A stretch of DNA of 54,740 nt, the filler included, from Catajapyx aquilonaris (lineage: Eukaryota), in assembly GCA_000934665.2 (NCBI GenBank). It is 3 parts of 3 records of this genome, joined end to end, with 100 filler letters (N's around TTAATTAATTAA, not from the genome) between each part and the next. Parts side by side here need not be neighbours in the genome. Positions count along the whole stretch, not along the records: positions 22,559 to 38,643 come from JYFJ02007317.1; positions 38,744 to 54,740 come from KZ539669.1; 1 more part is not named here. One strand, given 5' to 3'. Shown here piece by piece: positions 37,246 through 50,646 of the stretch; within the stretch, counting starts at the first letter, position 1, and the number at the start of each line of letters is the position of its first letter. The notes under the pieces are model-generated. The model saw nothing but the letters and a program-made list of their open reading frames with translations, had not been told where the DNA came from and made no database searches. A program made the position numbers and the translations under genes.

Positions 37246-37536
37246 CAAAGAGTTCTGCTATTACATAATATAATACCTAGAGGAGGTACTCCCTATCCTT
37301 TTCCATTAGACAGGCTGAGGCAGCCGCCATCTTGTTGGAGGTCATATTGTTGTTCTAACAGTTGTCTAGCAACTGGGACAACAACCAATAATGACAACTG
37401 GGCGACAATTAGTTCAAATAATGTCAGGCGTCCGCCATCTTGTTGGAGGTCATATTGTTGCCTGCATTGTTGCCTGCCTCACATTTCAGGCCGAGTACCT
37501 CCTCTAGGTGTATATATAATATAGCAGAACTCTTTG
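37246..37536. mobile_element. MITE with 8-bp TSD, P-element-like or hAT-like
   Basis: TIR CAAAGAGTTCTGCTAT / ATAGCAGAACTCTTTG extending imperfectly to about 45 bp, perfect TSD AGGTCAAC, and internal direct repeat CCGCCATCTTGTTGGAGGTCATATTGTTG twice. Confidence 0.9.
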
Positions 37537-38267
37537 AGGTCAACAGTTGAGTGACTCGATTATTGTTGTCAACCATCAAATATTATTGAATTTGTCTTAG
37601 ATACGATAACTCTATCATGTTCGTATGAACTCCATTCGATCTTTGTGTCATCAGTCCTCCTGCACCCTTCAACCACTGAAACTAACTAAACTGAAACTAT
37701 CTTGATTTTGGTAAGTTAATGCATTATTTTATAATTCACGCAAGCTTCGTAAACCCCTGCGGTTCGTCCTTGCCGGTATACGTAGCCCAACCAGTATATG
37801 ACTTTGGTGTTGCCCCCTTTCTCCTCCCGCTGATTCGAACGGCAACCACTTACCACATAGGCATGCGACGTCCGTATGATATATGACTTTAGTGTTATTC
37901 TCACTCCCAATAACCGACTTTCTTCCCTTTCTCTCACCATCATGTACCAGGATGATGAGAGAGGCCATGATCTTATTTCTTGTCCCTGCAATACTAGAGT
38001 AGTATTGTGAGGAGACTTGTGTCCACATGGGAATGTGATTGAGTGGGCATGGGTGTAGGACCAGAACAATGCGACCACCACCACGTGGTGGGTCCTGGGT
38101 ACAGCCGGGTAGCGAATAATCACTTCTAACCATCTCATACATTTGAGAACTTAGACAGATGTCATGAAGAAGGGACTTGTGATAATGAAATTTGGTCGGA
38201 AAGAAATTAACCAAGCAACCAACTATAAGCAGCCATCTTTCACAAGATAAAACTAATCAGAAATCAT

Positions 38268-38576
38268 CTCTCTCCTCTCAACTGTGTACGAACCTTAACC
38301 CCTTCCAAAAAAATCTTTCCGACGCCCAAGAGGTAAGGATCCGCTCCTCTCTCTGTACCAGGACAATTCCCACAATGCCATTTCTAGGTCCAGAACTTAT
38401 ATGACAAAAGTCGTTGAGACTCTCAACACTTCCTGACAATCCTGCCTGCCACCTCAACATCTCCATAAACTATATCTCCACTCTCCTCTCAACTGTGTAC
38501 GAACCTTAATAAAACCGACCAAGAAAATCTTCTCCCCGCCCCAGATGTAAGTATCCGCTCCTCTCTCTATACCAGA
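38268..38576. repeat. Imperfect direct repeat, period about 210 bp
   Basis: CTCTCCTCTCAACTGTGTACGAACCTTAA and GTAAG.ATCCGCTCCTCTCTCT.TACCAG each occur twice. Confidence 0.8.
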
Positions 38577-38743
38577 GTTTCCCAAACTGTGCTCTGCGGA
38601 GCACTTGGTGCTCCATGAAGCTTCTCCAAGTGCTCCACGAAGANNNNNNNNNNNNNNNNNNNNNNNNNNNNNNNNNNNNNNNNNNNNTTAATTAATTAAN
38701 NNNNNNNNNNNNNNNNNNNNNNNNNNNNNNNNNNNNNNNNNNN

Positions 38744-40113
38744 ATTATATCCATATCCAGTTTATTGACATCTGCCAGTTATTTGAATGAAAATGCAAGA
38801 TATTTTATGCAAGATGAAAATGCAAGATAATTACAACTGGAAAATGACCCAACAGACTCTTTGGGGATTGGCTGAAATATATACAAAGAGCGTAATGTAT
38901 TCAAGGTATAAATACCAGGAAAATGTGTGCATGGGATATATAATAATTATAATACAAGTTGTAGTCAAACTCCATATTCGACATTAGCCTACATTACATG
39001 GGAAAAAGAAATGGGTCACGATGAGAAGTAATTTTAAAACTCAGAAAAAAACCTGCTTTGTTGCACTTTTACTGTGGTGTAATCTGATTCTAACAAAAGA
39101 AGGTGACACAAGCAGTAGTGATAGGCATACTGATGTCCAGAACTGTATGCTAGATTAGTTTTTCCATTTTTGTACTGACAAGATGGAATAGCCTACATCT
39201 CAAAAAATGGAAATATTTTATGATTGTGAGAGCTTTGATCTCACCATTTTATGTGTTAAATATTTGAAACATAATAATCTATGCAGATTTTTTGTTAAAA
39301 ATGTGGGTCTTTGTAAAAAAACGAGAGAAACCCAAATTTTCCTTGGAAAAAACGAAAAATCAGGTTTTCCCTGGCCTTTACAACACTAGCCCTAACTGTG
39401 ACAGTTTGGCCGAATCCGGGACAAATGGGCGTCACAAATAACACTTGAAAAAATCAGGGACAAAGGATGAAAATGCGGGACTGCCCCGGAAAATTCGGGA
39501 TGTCTTGTCACGTTACAGTTATATTTTCCATTTGGAATATATGACTTACATCATCCACCACATACAATATTTGCGAAGGTGCGGTTTTATACCTTAAAAT
39601 AGCTGATTTGAACTATATTTTTTGGGTCCAGGGCGGGGAGGGTTACAACTTCCCCCAACCCCCTCCCCCTCCCTACGCCGCTGAACCTGGTACTACAATG
39701 ATGCACTTTTGCAGTGTCGCTTTGTATTTATCTTGTCGTCTCATTTGGTAATGTCCGGGCCAAAAGGTCAAGTTAGTACTTTTTCCTATTACAGCAGCTG
39801 CTGTGGTCTCAAACCATGACTCGGACCGTCCGACCACGCGACCGTCCGACTTCGGGACATGTGGTGTGGCTTCCGGAATAGATTCCGGAACCCACACAAT
39901 GACCAACGGCCGCACGGCCCACCGTCCGGTTGACATGCACAGCATACACCTTATGTATCGTAATGAACCCCCCCCCCCCCNNNNNNNNNNNNNNNNNNNN
40001 NNNNNNNNNNNNNNNNNNNNNNNNNNNNNNNNNNNNNNNNNNNNNNNNNNNNNNNNNNNNNNNNNNNNNNNNNNNNNNNNNNNNNNNCAACCTCCCCTCT
40101 CCCTACGCCACTG
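38744..40113 (+). mobile_element. Second copy of the non-autonomous hAT element at 44334-45882 (left end lost in gap)
   Basis: Long colinear similarity with 44551-45150 and 45369-45700; ends CCCTACGCCACTG. Confidence 0.8.
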
Positions 40114-40120
40114 CTAGGTT

Positions 40121-40216
40121 TGGTACTCTTTGTTACTCCTCGGTACTCTTTGGTACTCTTTGGTACTCTTTGGTACTCCTCGGTACTCCTTGGTACTCCT
40201 TGAATTTGGTACTCCG
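40121..40216. repeat. 10-bp minisatellite (GGTACTCYTY)n
   Basis: About nine tandem units visible. Confidence 0.9.
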
Positions 40217-41311
40217 GTGTACACTTTTCAGTCGAGTGATTACCCCCTTGCCTCAAGATTAGTGACAGTGTAGTTTTGGACCCACTCGGTGTACGTATGT
40301 TCGGATGCAAACCTTCCAGTACCGGTATATTATGTTACGCTACTTCGCGAAAAACCCATTATTTCGGTAACTAGGCTGAGGACAACAAACGTCCCTCCTA
40401 CAAGCATAAAATCGCTAGCATGAGGTCACCTTAAATGTTTGTTCGTATCTTTCTGAAACACTCTGTACAAGTACTGTACAATATAATATCTCACAGACAG
40501 GTGTATATCATCTACGTATTACATCACCAAATATTATGACAGTTTATATTATCATCGTAGAAAAATGTAATAAAATCCCAAGTAGCTTAACAATGTGCCA
40601 TTTAGCCTCATAAAAATAATGAAAATTGATTCATTGTGACGCTTTCTCCATCAGGATGAGGAAGCGACCCAGCCAGGTCAGTGCCCAATTATCTAGCCCA
40701 AGACACAGCTTACCCATTTAAGTGGCAGCTTCTTATTCATTACTTTGTTAAGAAAACTTGCTAAGTTGATTTCCAAGAACCCATTTTTACTGGAGAAGAC
40801 CCGCAAAGAGGACGGCCGCCTATTTGATTACACGTAATTGATTGGGATCCGCGATGAACTTTTGAGGTGAATCTTTTGAGGACCGGGAAGAGTTTTTATT
40901 TCTTTTCTCAAAAGTTTTGCTTCCTATTCTCGCCAGGCAACAATGCAAACAGGACTAGGAAACTTATAATTAGTGCCATGTGCCTCAGGTGCAGAGGGGA
41001 CTTATCAAAAAAGGTCATGGACTTGTCAGACTGGGCAAGTTTGAGGGTATAAAGCCGCACGTGCAAATGCCAATGGAGGCTAAAGTGGTGATTAGTGTAT
41101 ACAGAAACTTGTGATTGAAACTGGAATCCGGCAGATGGAACGCGGATCAAGTTCTGGAGGATTGTGGCGACATAAAAGTGCAGCAAAGAGAATAATTGTA
41201 AACAGTTTACAATTCTCTTTGCTGCACTTTTATGTCACTACAGTATGTTACTGTAAGGGCTCTGTTTACGTAAATAATGGCAAAAAAAGGGTAGGCAATT
41301 ATTATAAAGCT

Positions 41312-43406
41312 GGGTGGTTCCATTTCAAATCAGGCAGAGGCTGTCAGTGCTTGGTCTCCGATTATTACGGATAAATTACACGAAATACCGCTGTCTAAAT
41401 GATGAAGAATGACACTGGCTATTTTTCAGTGTCATTTTTTATTTGTACTGAAAAAATCATAACCGCAGGGGTACCAAATCTGCTATTTCTCGAAGTTCAT
41501 TTTCTTTCAACTTTGGACGCGTGTACCAATTTTTCTCTAAGTTAGACAAAAGCCAAAATTGGAATGGAGCAACTGCCCACGTAGGTCTGAATCAATATAA
41601 AATAATTGCGAACGTATAATTAGCATCCGCGTAAAAATTGGCAAAAATACTGTTTTACGATATTTTAGCAATTTTCGAAAAAAAAATCTTTGCAAAAAAA
41701 GGATTTGTAGGCAAATGAAACATATAGACTTCCAGTATACTACACGTACCCTCTCCACTTATCAGCTTTGTTAAGCTTTGAAGTCAAAGGTTAACAGCGG
41801 AGCTATTGTTGAACATTGTTAACGTCGCAAAACATGGTTTGGAAGAAAATAATCTTCTCAAAATAGCCACCAGATAATTGAACACCGATTTATTTCTGGG
41901 CAGAGGAACATCTGAGCCACACACCAGTGCAAATATTTCTCTCCTCCCGAGGTTTATGATCCTGATTTGAATTTTATTACTTACTTGTTTCCGGCGCTCT
42001 CCATCACCATCTCCATCAGTCCCACGACTCATAGCTCATCGTGTACGGTACATTTGGTTAGAACTTCTCTCGTACATGTAGACTACATGTAATTGTATGA
42101 TACCTTGAAACTTATATCTGATACTGGTTAATGCTATGTGAGGTCCGGTGAGGTCAATTCAGGCATAGAGGTATTGCAAAGTCGTACTCACATTTTTCCA
42201 GAAGTCACACCAAATGTTGCACTGTTCTTTGCACAGTAACCTGGCCACGTTTCACGTCCCAGTAATGGCTGGACTGTATACCATGAAACGGTTTCACAGT
42301 CTGCCATAGTTTCCCCCCTAGTTTCACGAAATTGTGTGATATCTTCGCATGGCAAGTGCAGCAGGGTCACATATTAGGGATGGAGGATCGCAGCACCTCA
42401 GTCAACTGTGGAGAAGTTTCTATGGCCTCTGTTGCACTGTGCTGCAAGTTGTACGCTGTCGCAATATGCTTCACTAGCCCTCCTACTCCATCGCAAGGTC
42501 CTTTACCATGCCCGGCAGCTGTGAAGACCCATTCCCTCTCAGAAATTTCACTTTGCTCAAGTTCATATTTTTGGTATCTGTTTTCAAAAGGACAGGGTGC
42601 ACCATCGGACACATAGGAACTAATATTCTGCCCAATGATCGATTCTTCAACTTTCATTCTCGCTAGAATAGCATGAACCGAGTCATGAGTCTTGGCCATC
42701 TGGCCATGAGTCAGTTGGCTCCACGCGCCGGGAAACGAGTAAGTAATAAAATTCAAATCAGGATCATAAACCTCGAGAGGAGAGAAATATTTGCACTGGT
42801 GTGTGGATCACATGTTCCTCTGCCCAGAAATAAATCGATGTTCAATTATCGGGTGGCTATTTTGAGAAAATTATTTTCTTCCAAACCATGTTTTGCGACG
42901 TTAACAATGTTCAACAATGGCTCCGCTGTTAACCTTTGACTTCAAAGCTTAACAAAGCTGATAAGTAGAGAGGGTATGAGTTGTATACTGGAAGTTCATT
43001 TGCCTACAAATATTTTTTTTGCAAAGATTTCTTTTGCTAAAATGTCGTAAAACAGCATATTTTCCAATTTTTCCGCGGTTGCTAATTATATATTCGCAAT
43101 TATTTTATATTGAAAATTCATTCCTACGTAGGCAGTTGCTCCATTCCAAATTTGGCTTTTGTGTAACTTATAGGAAAATTGGTACACGCGTCCAAAATTG
43201 AGAAAAAATGAACTTCGAGAAATAGCAGATTTGGTACCCCTGCGGTTAGGATTTTTCTCAGGGCAAATAAAAAATGACACTGAAAAATAGCCAGTGTCAT
43301 TCTTCATCTTTTCGACAGCGGTGCTTCGTGTAATTTATCCGTAATAATCGGACACCAAGGCCTGACAACCTTTCTGGATCTGGCCTGATCTGAAATGGAA
43401 TTGCCC
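41312..43406 (-). mobile_element. Sola2-like DNA transposon deletion derivative with ~685-bp TIRs
   Basis: Arms 41312-41997 and 42725-43406 are long inverted repeats with GGG/CCC termini, enclosing a transposase catalytic remnant. TSD is unclear (AGCT vs AAGT). Confidence 0.85.
42200..42724 (-). pseudogene. Sola2-type DDD transposase catalytic core remnant, frameshifted
   Basis: THD...SDGAPCPFENR...WVFTAAGHGKGPCDGVGGLVK, continuing after frameshifts as TLLHLP... and WQTVKPFHGIQSSH. Confidence 0.8.
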
Positions 43407-44333
43407 AAGTGCTTATTGAAAATCAAAAACAGCAAATTGCAATTTGACCCATAAGTACAAAAATTATCTCAGGCAGCAGAAAACAATAAAGTTCATCAGT
43501 ATGTCTACCACAGATACGTTACCATTTGAAATGAAAGAAAATACCTTCTTGATATGATTAAATCTAAATACTCTCAACTGTGTGTTTCATTTGATTTCAA
43601 CACAAGAAATTCATGTCAGTGAACAGAGTCTGAATTATTCTCCACAGTCGGACTCTTCAGCCATTCAGATGAGCTACGTATATTCACCAACACTATGCAC
43701 TGGACGTGTTGCATGCGTGAAATGGGCTTAATGTCAAGCTTAATGTTTTCCCAGTGAGCATTCAGTTCATCAGAATGGCCCTCAATATTTCCTCCAGATA
43801 CAAACAGAAACTTAATGTTCGGGCAACCTGAGATGCCAGGGTGATATAAAATGATGCTGGGTGTCCACTAATGTTCCTGCCCTAGTTCATCACCACAAGG
43901 CTCCTTTGAAATCAGCCCCAGTCCTATATGAACGGTATCTTTACCTTGCGTAGATTGAAAAGTGAACAAATACGAGGAGAGACATCAGATGCCTCTCTGT
44001 GAGGCATCCCCATCAAAAAACTGGGGACTTCCCGCACGTCAAGACAGCTGCCATCAGATCATTCACGATCACATCCATAATTATACAGTAAATATTCGTA
44101 TTTGTATGGACTGATTTACCCATGGACGAGATAGTCTGATATCACTGCATAGATCCGACATACGCTCGGATAAATACATGCTTAGCCAGTGAAGACGGTA
44201 CACTATGGGCAAGACCAATGAGCTGATTGTACTTCACGCAGACTCTTGAGTTGCTGTCGTGAGCTGGCAGAGCTACGATCGGAGGGAGCGCGCTCGGCGG
44301 CAGGTGGATGCCTTGGTTCGTTACCGTCCAAAT

Positions 44334-45882
44334 CAAAGGCGTAACCAGGAAATTTGTAGGGGGGTGATATGCGAGGGAAGAGCGAAGAGGCCCGCCGCAG
44401 GCGAAATTATTTTTGCTGTTCAAGCTCACACACGCTTAGGTGAATGTAACTGACCAGTTAGTTATTTATTTTTAACTGGTTTGCATGTTGGTTGGTTTTG
44501 GTTCCTTTCGTCAACATGCTCAAAATTTAGACATCCAAAATCATCCAAAACATTATATCCATCCAGTTTATTGACATCTGCCAGTTATTTTCTTTAAATT
44601 AAAATGCTGAAAAAGGCAGCAAAATGCAAGATAATTACAACTGGCAAATGACCCAACAGACTCTTTGGGAGTTGGCTGAAATATACACAAAGAGGCAAAG
44701 AGCGTAATATATTCAAGGTATAAATACCAGAAAAATGTGTGCATGGGATAATAATTATAGTACAAGTTGTAGCCAAACTTCATATTCGACATTACATTAC
44801 ATGGGAAAAAGAAATGGGTCATGATGAGAAGTAATTTTAAAACTCAGAAGAAAACCCTGCTTTGTTGCACTTTTACTGCTTTTACTGCGGTGGAATCTGA
44901 TTCTAACAAAAAAAAAATTGTGACACAAGCAACAAGCAGTAGTGATAGGCCTACTTATGCCCAGAACTGAAGATTGTTTTTTCCATTTTGTACAAGTTGG
45001 CATAGCCTACATCACAAAAAATGAAATATTTTATGATTGTGAGTGCTTTGATCTCATTATTTTATGTGTTAAATGTTTGAAAAATAATCGATGTAAATTT
45101 TCTGTTAACAATCCTGGTCTTTGTAAAAAAACGGGAAAAACCCAAATTCCCCCCCCCCCCCCNNNNNNNNNNNNNNNNNNNNNNNNNNNNNNNNNNNNNN
45201 NNNNNNNNNNNNNNNNNNNNNNNNNNNNNNNNNNNNNNNNNNNNNNNNNNNNNNNNNNNNNNNNNNNNNNNNNNNNNNNNNNNNNNNNNNNNNNNNNNNN
45301 NNNNNNNNNNNNNNNNNNNNNNNNNNNNNNNNNNNNNNNNNNNNNNNNNNNNNNNNNNNNNNNNNNNNGGGGGGGGGGTTAAACTCCCCTCCCCTCCCCC
45401 CTTCCTACGCCGCTGATCCTGGTACTACAATAAGCCTGATGCACTATTGCAGTCTTTTTGTATTAAATTTTGTCGGCTCATTTTGTAATGTCCGGGCCAA
45501 AAGGTGAAGTTACTTTGGCTTACTACACCAGCTGCAGCGGTCTCAAACCATGACCCGGACCGTCTGACTGCGAGCCATGTGATGTGGCTTCCGGAATATA
45601 TTCTGGAACCCACACAATGGCTCACGGCCGCACGGCCGACCGACCGTCCGGCTGACATATTCACAGTATACAACTTATGTGTCGCAATGAACCCCTCCCC
45701 GGTCCCCAAAATATATTATGGAGTAATTTTCGATTTGGAATGAATTACTTAAATATCATCCACCACATACAATATTTGCGCATGTGCGTTTTTATACCTT
45801 AAAATAGCGTATTTGAACTTTATTTCCTTTGGTCCAACCTTTGCGTTTACAACCCCCCACCCCTCCCTACGCTACGCCACTG
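44334..45882 (+). mobile_element. Non-autonomous hAT element, about 1.55 kb
   Basis: Imperfect TIR CAAAGGCGTAAC / GCTACGCCACTG with perfect 8-bp TSD GTCCAAAT. Confidence 0.88.
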
Positions 45883-47497
45883 GTCCAAATAAATACACGA
45901 AGATATTGTATTGGGCTGAATCTTTCCACACTGCTGCATGCTGCATTGAATGACTCCCACGGGGGTTTGCAAGTTTTACCCTTGTAACACTTATTACGTC
46001 AAGTCAGGAGGGAAGTGTCACGGGGGTGTGAGGAATGAATAAGGGGAGTCAATAGTAATGGAATAACTGATGTATTGAGGCAAGATAAACAATTACAATG
46101 TAGATCGAGGGAGGATGTACGGGGGATGTTGTAGGTGCAGGAGGAGGAATATGGGTGTCATCTGGAGGAGGTTGCAATCCAGACTCCCTCAAAAAGGCAG
46201 GGGAAAGCAAGAGGGTGGTCAAGAAGAAGGAGGGTGGCGAGGTCAAGAGAGGATGGTCTCGTTGGGTAGTTGGACAAACAGGGTGTCATTCACTGAAGGA
46301 GGGTGTTTATGGGAGGTAAGGGCAGGAATTGGACTGAAAGGTGGAGGGCAATAAATAGGGGATAGGATGGATATTGCAGGGTGGTATGTAGGATGGGCTG
46401 TTCTAGGCAGGGTGCATTGTAAGAAGGGAGGACAAGTGGGGTAACGGGTATACCGTTACACCCTCCAAATCATTGGTATAGGGTGCGTACGGGATTTTTT
46501 TGTTATTTTTGGTAACGAACCAAGGCTTGCTGATGTCTCAGGTTCGTTACTGAAAATGACGCACACAGAGATCACCCTCTGTCAATTTAAGCACATCAAT
46601 CGAGAGAGGACATCAAGATGCATCCAACAGACACGCTTGAGAAGTGACCGAATAACGAATGGCAATGCTTACAGGGGCGCCAAAATCCCGCGTGTGTTTC
46701 CAGACACTAAAGGCCGTCGCGTCGTCGCGTCGTCGCGTCGGCGCTCACAGTTGAAAGTCTGAGCAGCTGGTGCCAAAGACCAGCTACACTGGGCAATTTT
46801 AAGGTTGACATTGTTTAGTAGAGATGTTGAGCATCCGATTAGTGTGATCAAACGCGGTATTCAACGAAAAAAATAATCGTCGCTTCATGTCCGCTATATC
46901 GCAAAAATGCCCTATGTACTATACATAATTATCTATCACATAATGAAACTAAAATCCACAGTTTAGTAAATAAGAAATATTGATTCCGGTAGATGGTAGA
47001 ATAATAATCAGTATCACTGGCCAAAAAACAAGAGTTCATTTAATTTTTCACGTTGTTTTGTTTTGTTATGTACATAAAAAGGCTTAAAAATATTTAAGGT
47101 GTGGTTGGCTTGCTGGCTGCCGCTGAGTTAATTCTCAATTTCACTCGGCAGCATGTCCTAAGTTGCCGTAAGAAATTCAAGCATGCTCGGCGGTAAGATG
47201 GAACTCTGAAATCAAACATAAGTAATATACATTGTATTAATCCTATACAGGGTGTATCAGATTCACGGGTCAAGCGAGTGCGAGGGGGTGGGGAAAAATC
47301 GTAGGTGGCGACAACCCCGGTCGGTTTTATAAAACAGTTAGAAATACGGCAGTAGTCAATTTATATATTACGGGTCTACGGCGTGACGTCACGTCCAATC
47401 AGTTTGAATCGAGTCGGGCGGGCTGGCAAGAGTCAAGGTAAGTTTGAACCTGATTGAACGGGTTTTTAGCCTTGCGGGTTGCACTGAAAAAGGCTAC

Positions 47498-47547
47498 ACC
47501 GGCAGGGTACTGAACACACTAAGTAGTGTGTTCAGTACCCTGCCGGT
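47498..47547. repeat. Perfect 24-bp-arm hairpin with 2-nt spacer
   Basis: ACCGGCAGGGTACTGAACACACTA-AG-TAGTGTGTTCAGTACCCTGCCGGT. Confidence 0.95.
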
Positions 47548-47900
47548 CTGTTTCGTCTGTTTCGCGCCTACTCCAATTTTTTGTCACTCTGCCTGCTTGA
47601 CAAAAAGTTATCGGTATGCAGCCTTGGCACCTCTGAACGAAGCAGTACATAAACACATAGCATGAATTACGGCACAGGCCTATCAAGCGAGCTGTGTTGA
47701 TAAACACTCACGAGTATAAACATCCTTGAGCCACAGCTATTCAAAAGCCGCGCGGGGCATGTCCCCCTCCAGCCATACAGAGGCCGGCGTTGAAGTGCGC
47801 AGACGCCCGGCAGCTGATAATTAGCATTTACGAACATTATGTATTTATTTTAAAACTATTAAATCATCTTTTGCACTAATTTTAGGGTGGAATCTCTTAA

Positions 47901-48675
47901 AGGAAGGGTTCAGTGATTTTGCATGTTGAGCTTCAAAAATCGAGCAGGACTCTCTGATTCTGAATATCCGGTCCGTTTTGTTAGCAAATGCACCATAAGC
48001 GTAAAATTTCAAGTCAAAGTTGATTTTTCTGAAAATCAGCGCCGAACACGGGTTCTCTCTAGCGGCAGCGATGGAAGATCCCACATGCAATCAAGATGTC
48101 CGCCCCCATAGCGACAAACCATGTGCAAGCCAGGTTTTTGTGTTTTCGACCCGAGCGGAACCCGCCCCGGGTTCCAAGGGCCATGGGAATGCAGGGGAGG
48201 ATGAGAAGGGGAGGCAGAGTGGGAGAGAGGGGCGCCAGTGGTCGGACCATGTGACAGAGTGATGGCCACGACGGGATACTTCCGTATCACTGGTATCAGC
48301 TCGAGACTTACCAAGGCGGGTAGTGTCGCGAGGTATAATCCGGAGAGAGAGAGAGAGAGAGAGGAGGAATACATTGCCCACAGCTTGGCTGCATGTGACG
48401 GCGTCGAAGGAAGGGCCAAGTGATTCATCCACTTATTCCTAGTTCAAAAATTGACTTCGCGGGTAAGCCAACGTCAGCCCTGGCATATATGTTACTGGAA
48501 TCTCCGCGGGAGGCGCTAGCTGTACGCTTACCGTATCGAATAGTAGCGGAGATTGACTTTCACCTAACAGCATTTGCTTATGCGGCGCCATATTTAAAAA
48601 CTGACCACATTTTTGGAATCAGGGAGTCTACCTTGATTTTTGAAGCCCAACATGCAAAATCACTGAACCCTTCCT
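47901..48675. mobile_element. Kolobok-like MITE (second family)
   Basis: TTAA TSD on both sides; TIR AGGAAGGGTTCAGTGATTTTGCATGTTG / CAACATGCAAAATCACTGAACCCTTCCT extending imperfectly to over 100 bp. Confidence 0.88.
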
Positions 48676-49845
48676 TTAAGGAGGTTTGGGGGCAACTGTG
48701 TCAGAGTTACGGCGACCCGACCATAAAGGCCCCGCGCCAATGTATCTCATCATCCACAATTATTCAAAAGCTAATCAAGAACAAGAATTTACATTTACTG
48801 TCCTCACAAAAGGAACTCCAATCAGACGATTAATAGAATTTACGTTAGAGAAATTACATTTATATTTTAAAATGAAGCTGAGCCAAATAAGATCTGAAAA
48901 GCTGATAGTTCAAACAGTTGAATTTTAATGTACATTTAATGCAGGTTTTTTTTCGGTAAATTTACGCAAATTTTTAAGATTTCTAAAAGCAAAAACAAGT
49001 ATGGAAGGAAAGAAAAAAAAAATGGGGGGAGGGGGAAACAATGCCCTGAATGCTCAAAGACCCAACTCTACTGCAGCACTCCCATACGCATCCCACAGGC
49101 CCTGGGGGCAACTATGTATGCCAAAAATTTGCAGGTCAAGGTCGGATTTTTTTAAAGTTTTTTTTCAGCGGCCGCAAAAAGATGATTTCATTCAAGTTAA
49201 TTTGGTTAATCCGGTTTATTTATGCACGATTTTGTAGTCCAAAACTAGCGATTTTTACGCGAGAGAAAATTTAAAAAGCCACACAGAAACCACGTTACAT
49301 AGTGGGAAAACGCTATAGTTTCGCTATCAGAATATTTTAAAGCCACTGTCACAGCATATGTGACGCCCGTCTTATTAGGGGTAACTTGAAAAGTTGATCT
49401 CCATATACAATTATCGTAAAAGTGGAGAGAAATTATGGAAAATTACGAAAATTCTTTTTCATTACATCACATCATGTACAGTTGTCCTTTTTTATCACAC
49501 CCAGGGTAAATTTTGTGTCGGACCTGAGGGTTTTCCCGCCTGACAAGACCCACCTACGTTTTGGACACTTGCCAAAGGAAGTGCTGTATTGTTTATTCTA
49601 TTTTTTTGATAATGTCGGAAAGCGAATCTACTTTTGAGGACATTTCCCCTGAAATTCCTGTGTGAACGATACCATGAGTGACCGAATTGTATGTAATGCA
49701 ATTGTGAGGTAATGTATTATAGCGAGAGATGTGTCCCCGCGAAAGGGCCCTGCCATGATATCGGGGTAACTAAATAATAAAAATATAATAATGAAAATTC
49801 TTAGCATCATCTATGGCCATTTAAAACAGGAAAATTGCAATAATT

Positions 49846-50375
49846 GAATCGCAAGTTTTTAAAAAAGGGGGTAAGTCACATTAACCAAACTTTTCAGGAA
49901 GCACTAAAAACTATCTACCCCAGAACCGTCTGTGTTAAAAAGTTGGAATTTTGGTCAGAAGACAAAATAACCATCCTAAAGAGATCAGTGTGATTTTTAT
50001 TAAGTAACGCAATCACCTACTTTCCATGCCAGAATATTGCTTGAGAAGTCCAGCATTTTTTTCTGGAATTGGCTCCACGTCACCGTTAAAGGCCTCTTAT
50101 GTTGGCATGTGCACCTCTGATATCTTCTGCAGCTTGAATATGCTCATTGTTTGTGACGTAAGTCATGCCTACCGACACGGAAGAACGGGAGATATCACTG
50201 ACTTAACCCCTTCTTTTAAGTCTCGAATATTTCGGATCTCCATAGCGTAGCAAAGGTTCGACTGACTTGTACCTTTCTTACAGGTTTTAATGTGTCTTGG
50301 AGTGGAACATTTTATGGCGCGAATAACTCAAAATTGCCAAAATTGTGACTTACCCCTTTGTCAAATTTGCGATTC
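49846..50375. mobile_element. Sola1-like MITE
   Basis: AATT direct repeats flank TIR GAATCGCAA...GGGGTAAGTCACA / TGTGACTTACCCC...TTGCGATTC. A related end lies near 22722-22760. Confidence 0.7.
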
Positions 50376-50646
50376 AATTGAAGGTAGGATCGGGCAGGAT
50401 AGCATGGTGTTTTGCCCTTTTACCACTTCTTATGATTAAGAGCATCTCCTGTCAAATTTACCGTGTGCCACAGCAAACCTAATTCTTGGATACCTCTTCC
50501 AGGATGAAGACAATTTTTTTACATTTTCTGTTATGTACAGTACACAATATACTGCACAGTACAGTATATTATGCTAGTTCATGATTCGTGCAGCGTGATT
50601 AAATTGTTTCCGTCTTCATTATTCACTTTAAGCGCTTATATTTGGA

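Noticed and set aside
37716..38214. Two overlapping minus ORFs with faint FLYWCH-like (KVIYWLGYVY) or endonuclease-like (RGGGRIVLV) words
   Set aside because: Only isolated short matches, with no complete motif set.
40121..40216. Regular short repeats considered as a CRISPR-like array
   Set aside because: Head-to-tail 10-bp units with no unique spacers, in a eukaryotic context.
46049..46440. Purine-skewed tract possibly the 3' end of a LINE (FLRESGL on -)
   Set aside because: No intact CCHC knuckle, RT motif or poly-A tail could be supported.
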